Source: the human T2T-CHM13v2.0 reference genome, Homo sapiens
Length of the DNA: 64,000 bases
Direction: 5' to 3' (one strand)
Assembly (NCBI RefSeq): GCF_009914755.1
Contig: NC_060939.1
The position numbers were made by a program, and so were the translations under genes. Below are positions 63,220 through 64,000 of the stretch, one piece after another (the first letter of the stretch is position 1; the number at the start of each line of letters is the position of its first letter). Below the pieces are notes generated by a model. That model had not been told where the DNA came from. It did no database searches and was given only the letters and a program-made list of their open reading frames with translations.

Positions 63220-63999
63220 TTTTTTTTTTTTTTTTTTTTTGAGATGGAGTCTCACCCTGTTCCCCAGGCTGGAGTGTGATGGCACGATCTTGTCTCACTG
63301 CAACCTCCGCCTCTCGGGCTCAAGTAATTCTTTGCCTCAGCCTCCTGAGTGGCTGGGATTACAGACGCACACCACCATACCCGGCTAATTTTTTGTATCT
63401 TTAGTAGAGTCAGGGTTTCACTCAAATTCCTGACCTCGTGATCCTCCTGCCTTGGCCTCCCAAAGTGCTGGGATTACATGTGTGAGCCTCCGTGCCTAGC
63501 CAGTAACTGCAGATCTTAAAACAGATTTCCCCTCTTCTTCTTCTTCCTCTTCTTCCTCTTCTTCTTCCTCCTCTTCTTCTTCTTCCTCTTCTTCCTCTTC
63601 CTCCTCTTCCTCCTCTTCTTCTTTCTTCTTTCTTCTTTCTTTTTCTTCTTTCTTCCTTCTTCTTCTTTCTTCTTTCTTTTTCTTTCTTCTTTCTTCCTTC
63701 TTTTTCTTTCTTCTTTCTTCTTCTTCGGAATCTCACTCTTTGGCCAGGCTGGAGTGCAGTGGCATGATCTCAGCTCACCGAAACCTCCACTCCCAGGTTC
63801 AAGTGATTCTCCTGCTTCAGCCTCCCAAGTAGTTGGAATTACAGGCAGCCACCACCATGCCTGGCTAATTTTTGTGTTTTTAGTAGAGACGGGGTTTCAC
63901 TGTGTTGGCCAGGCTGGTCTTGAACTCCTGACCTTGTGATCCACCTGCCTCGGCCTCCCAAAATACTGGGATTACAGGTGTGAGCCACTGCACCAGGCC
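63220..63999 (-). mobile_element. Two antisense AluS elements in USP3 intron 1 (63220-63501; 63727-63999)
   Basis: The first has TSD AGTAACTGCAGATCTT (63206-63221 and 63502-63517); the second has a CTT-rich tail. Confidence 0.94.
63526..63726 (+). repeat. 201-nt pure polypyrimidine (CTT/CCT/CTTT) tract
   Basis: No purine on the + strand between these coordinates. Confidence 0.95.
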
Positions 64000-64000
64000 T

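Larger units (their letters stand above)
56084..64000 (+). other. USP3: USP3 intron 1 (5' part; continues beyond the window)
   Basis: Starts with GTGAGT. The expected continuation (VCRSNKSPW...) is not seen in the window. Confidence 0.9.

Noticed and set aside
63422-63736. Protamine-like Arg/Lys-rich 104-aa ORF
   Set aside because: Translation of the polypurine strand of a simple repeat.

Overview
Human genomic DNA. The window covers about 55 kb of Alu-rich intergenic sequence upstream of USP3, then the USP3 CpG-island promoter, coding exon 1 (ATG 55993, donor after 56083) and the first ~8 kb of intron 1. From recalled gene order this should be 15q22.31, on the CA12/LINC02568 side; that placement is not verifiable here. 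The most notable element is a human-specific SVA_F1-type retrotransposon at 26559-29070. It carries MAST2 exon 1 spliced onto the SVA body, an exact 20-bp tandem duplication in that exon, and a ~230-bp 3' transduction with a second poly(A) tail. It is the latest layer of a nested Alu-Alu-Alu-SVA insertion stack. A solo ERV9 LTR12 (7584-8958, CTAT target-site duplication) keeps its NF-Y/GATA promoter but appears to have lost its poly(A) signal and gained a strong splice acceptor. The rest is about 40 Alus plus old L1, L2, MIR, MaLR and hAT fragments. Apart from USP3 exon 1 and the MAST2-derived remnant, the ORF track is repeat-derived or GC noise. I see no wholly new biological system; the best leads are locus-specific novelties of known element classes. 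Repeat subfamily names and boundaries were assigned by eye and are approximate.
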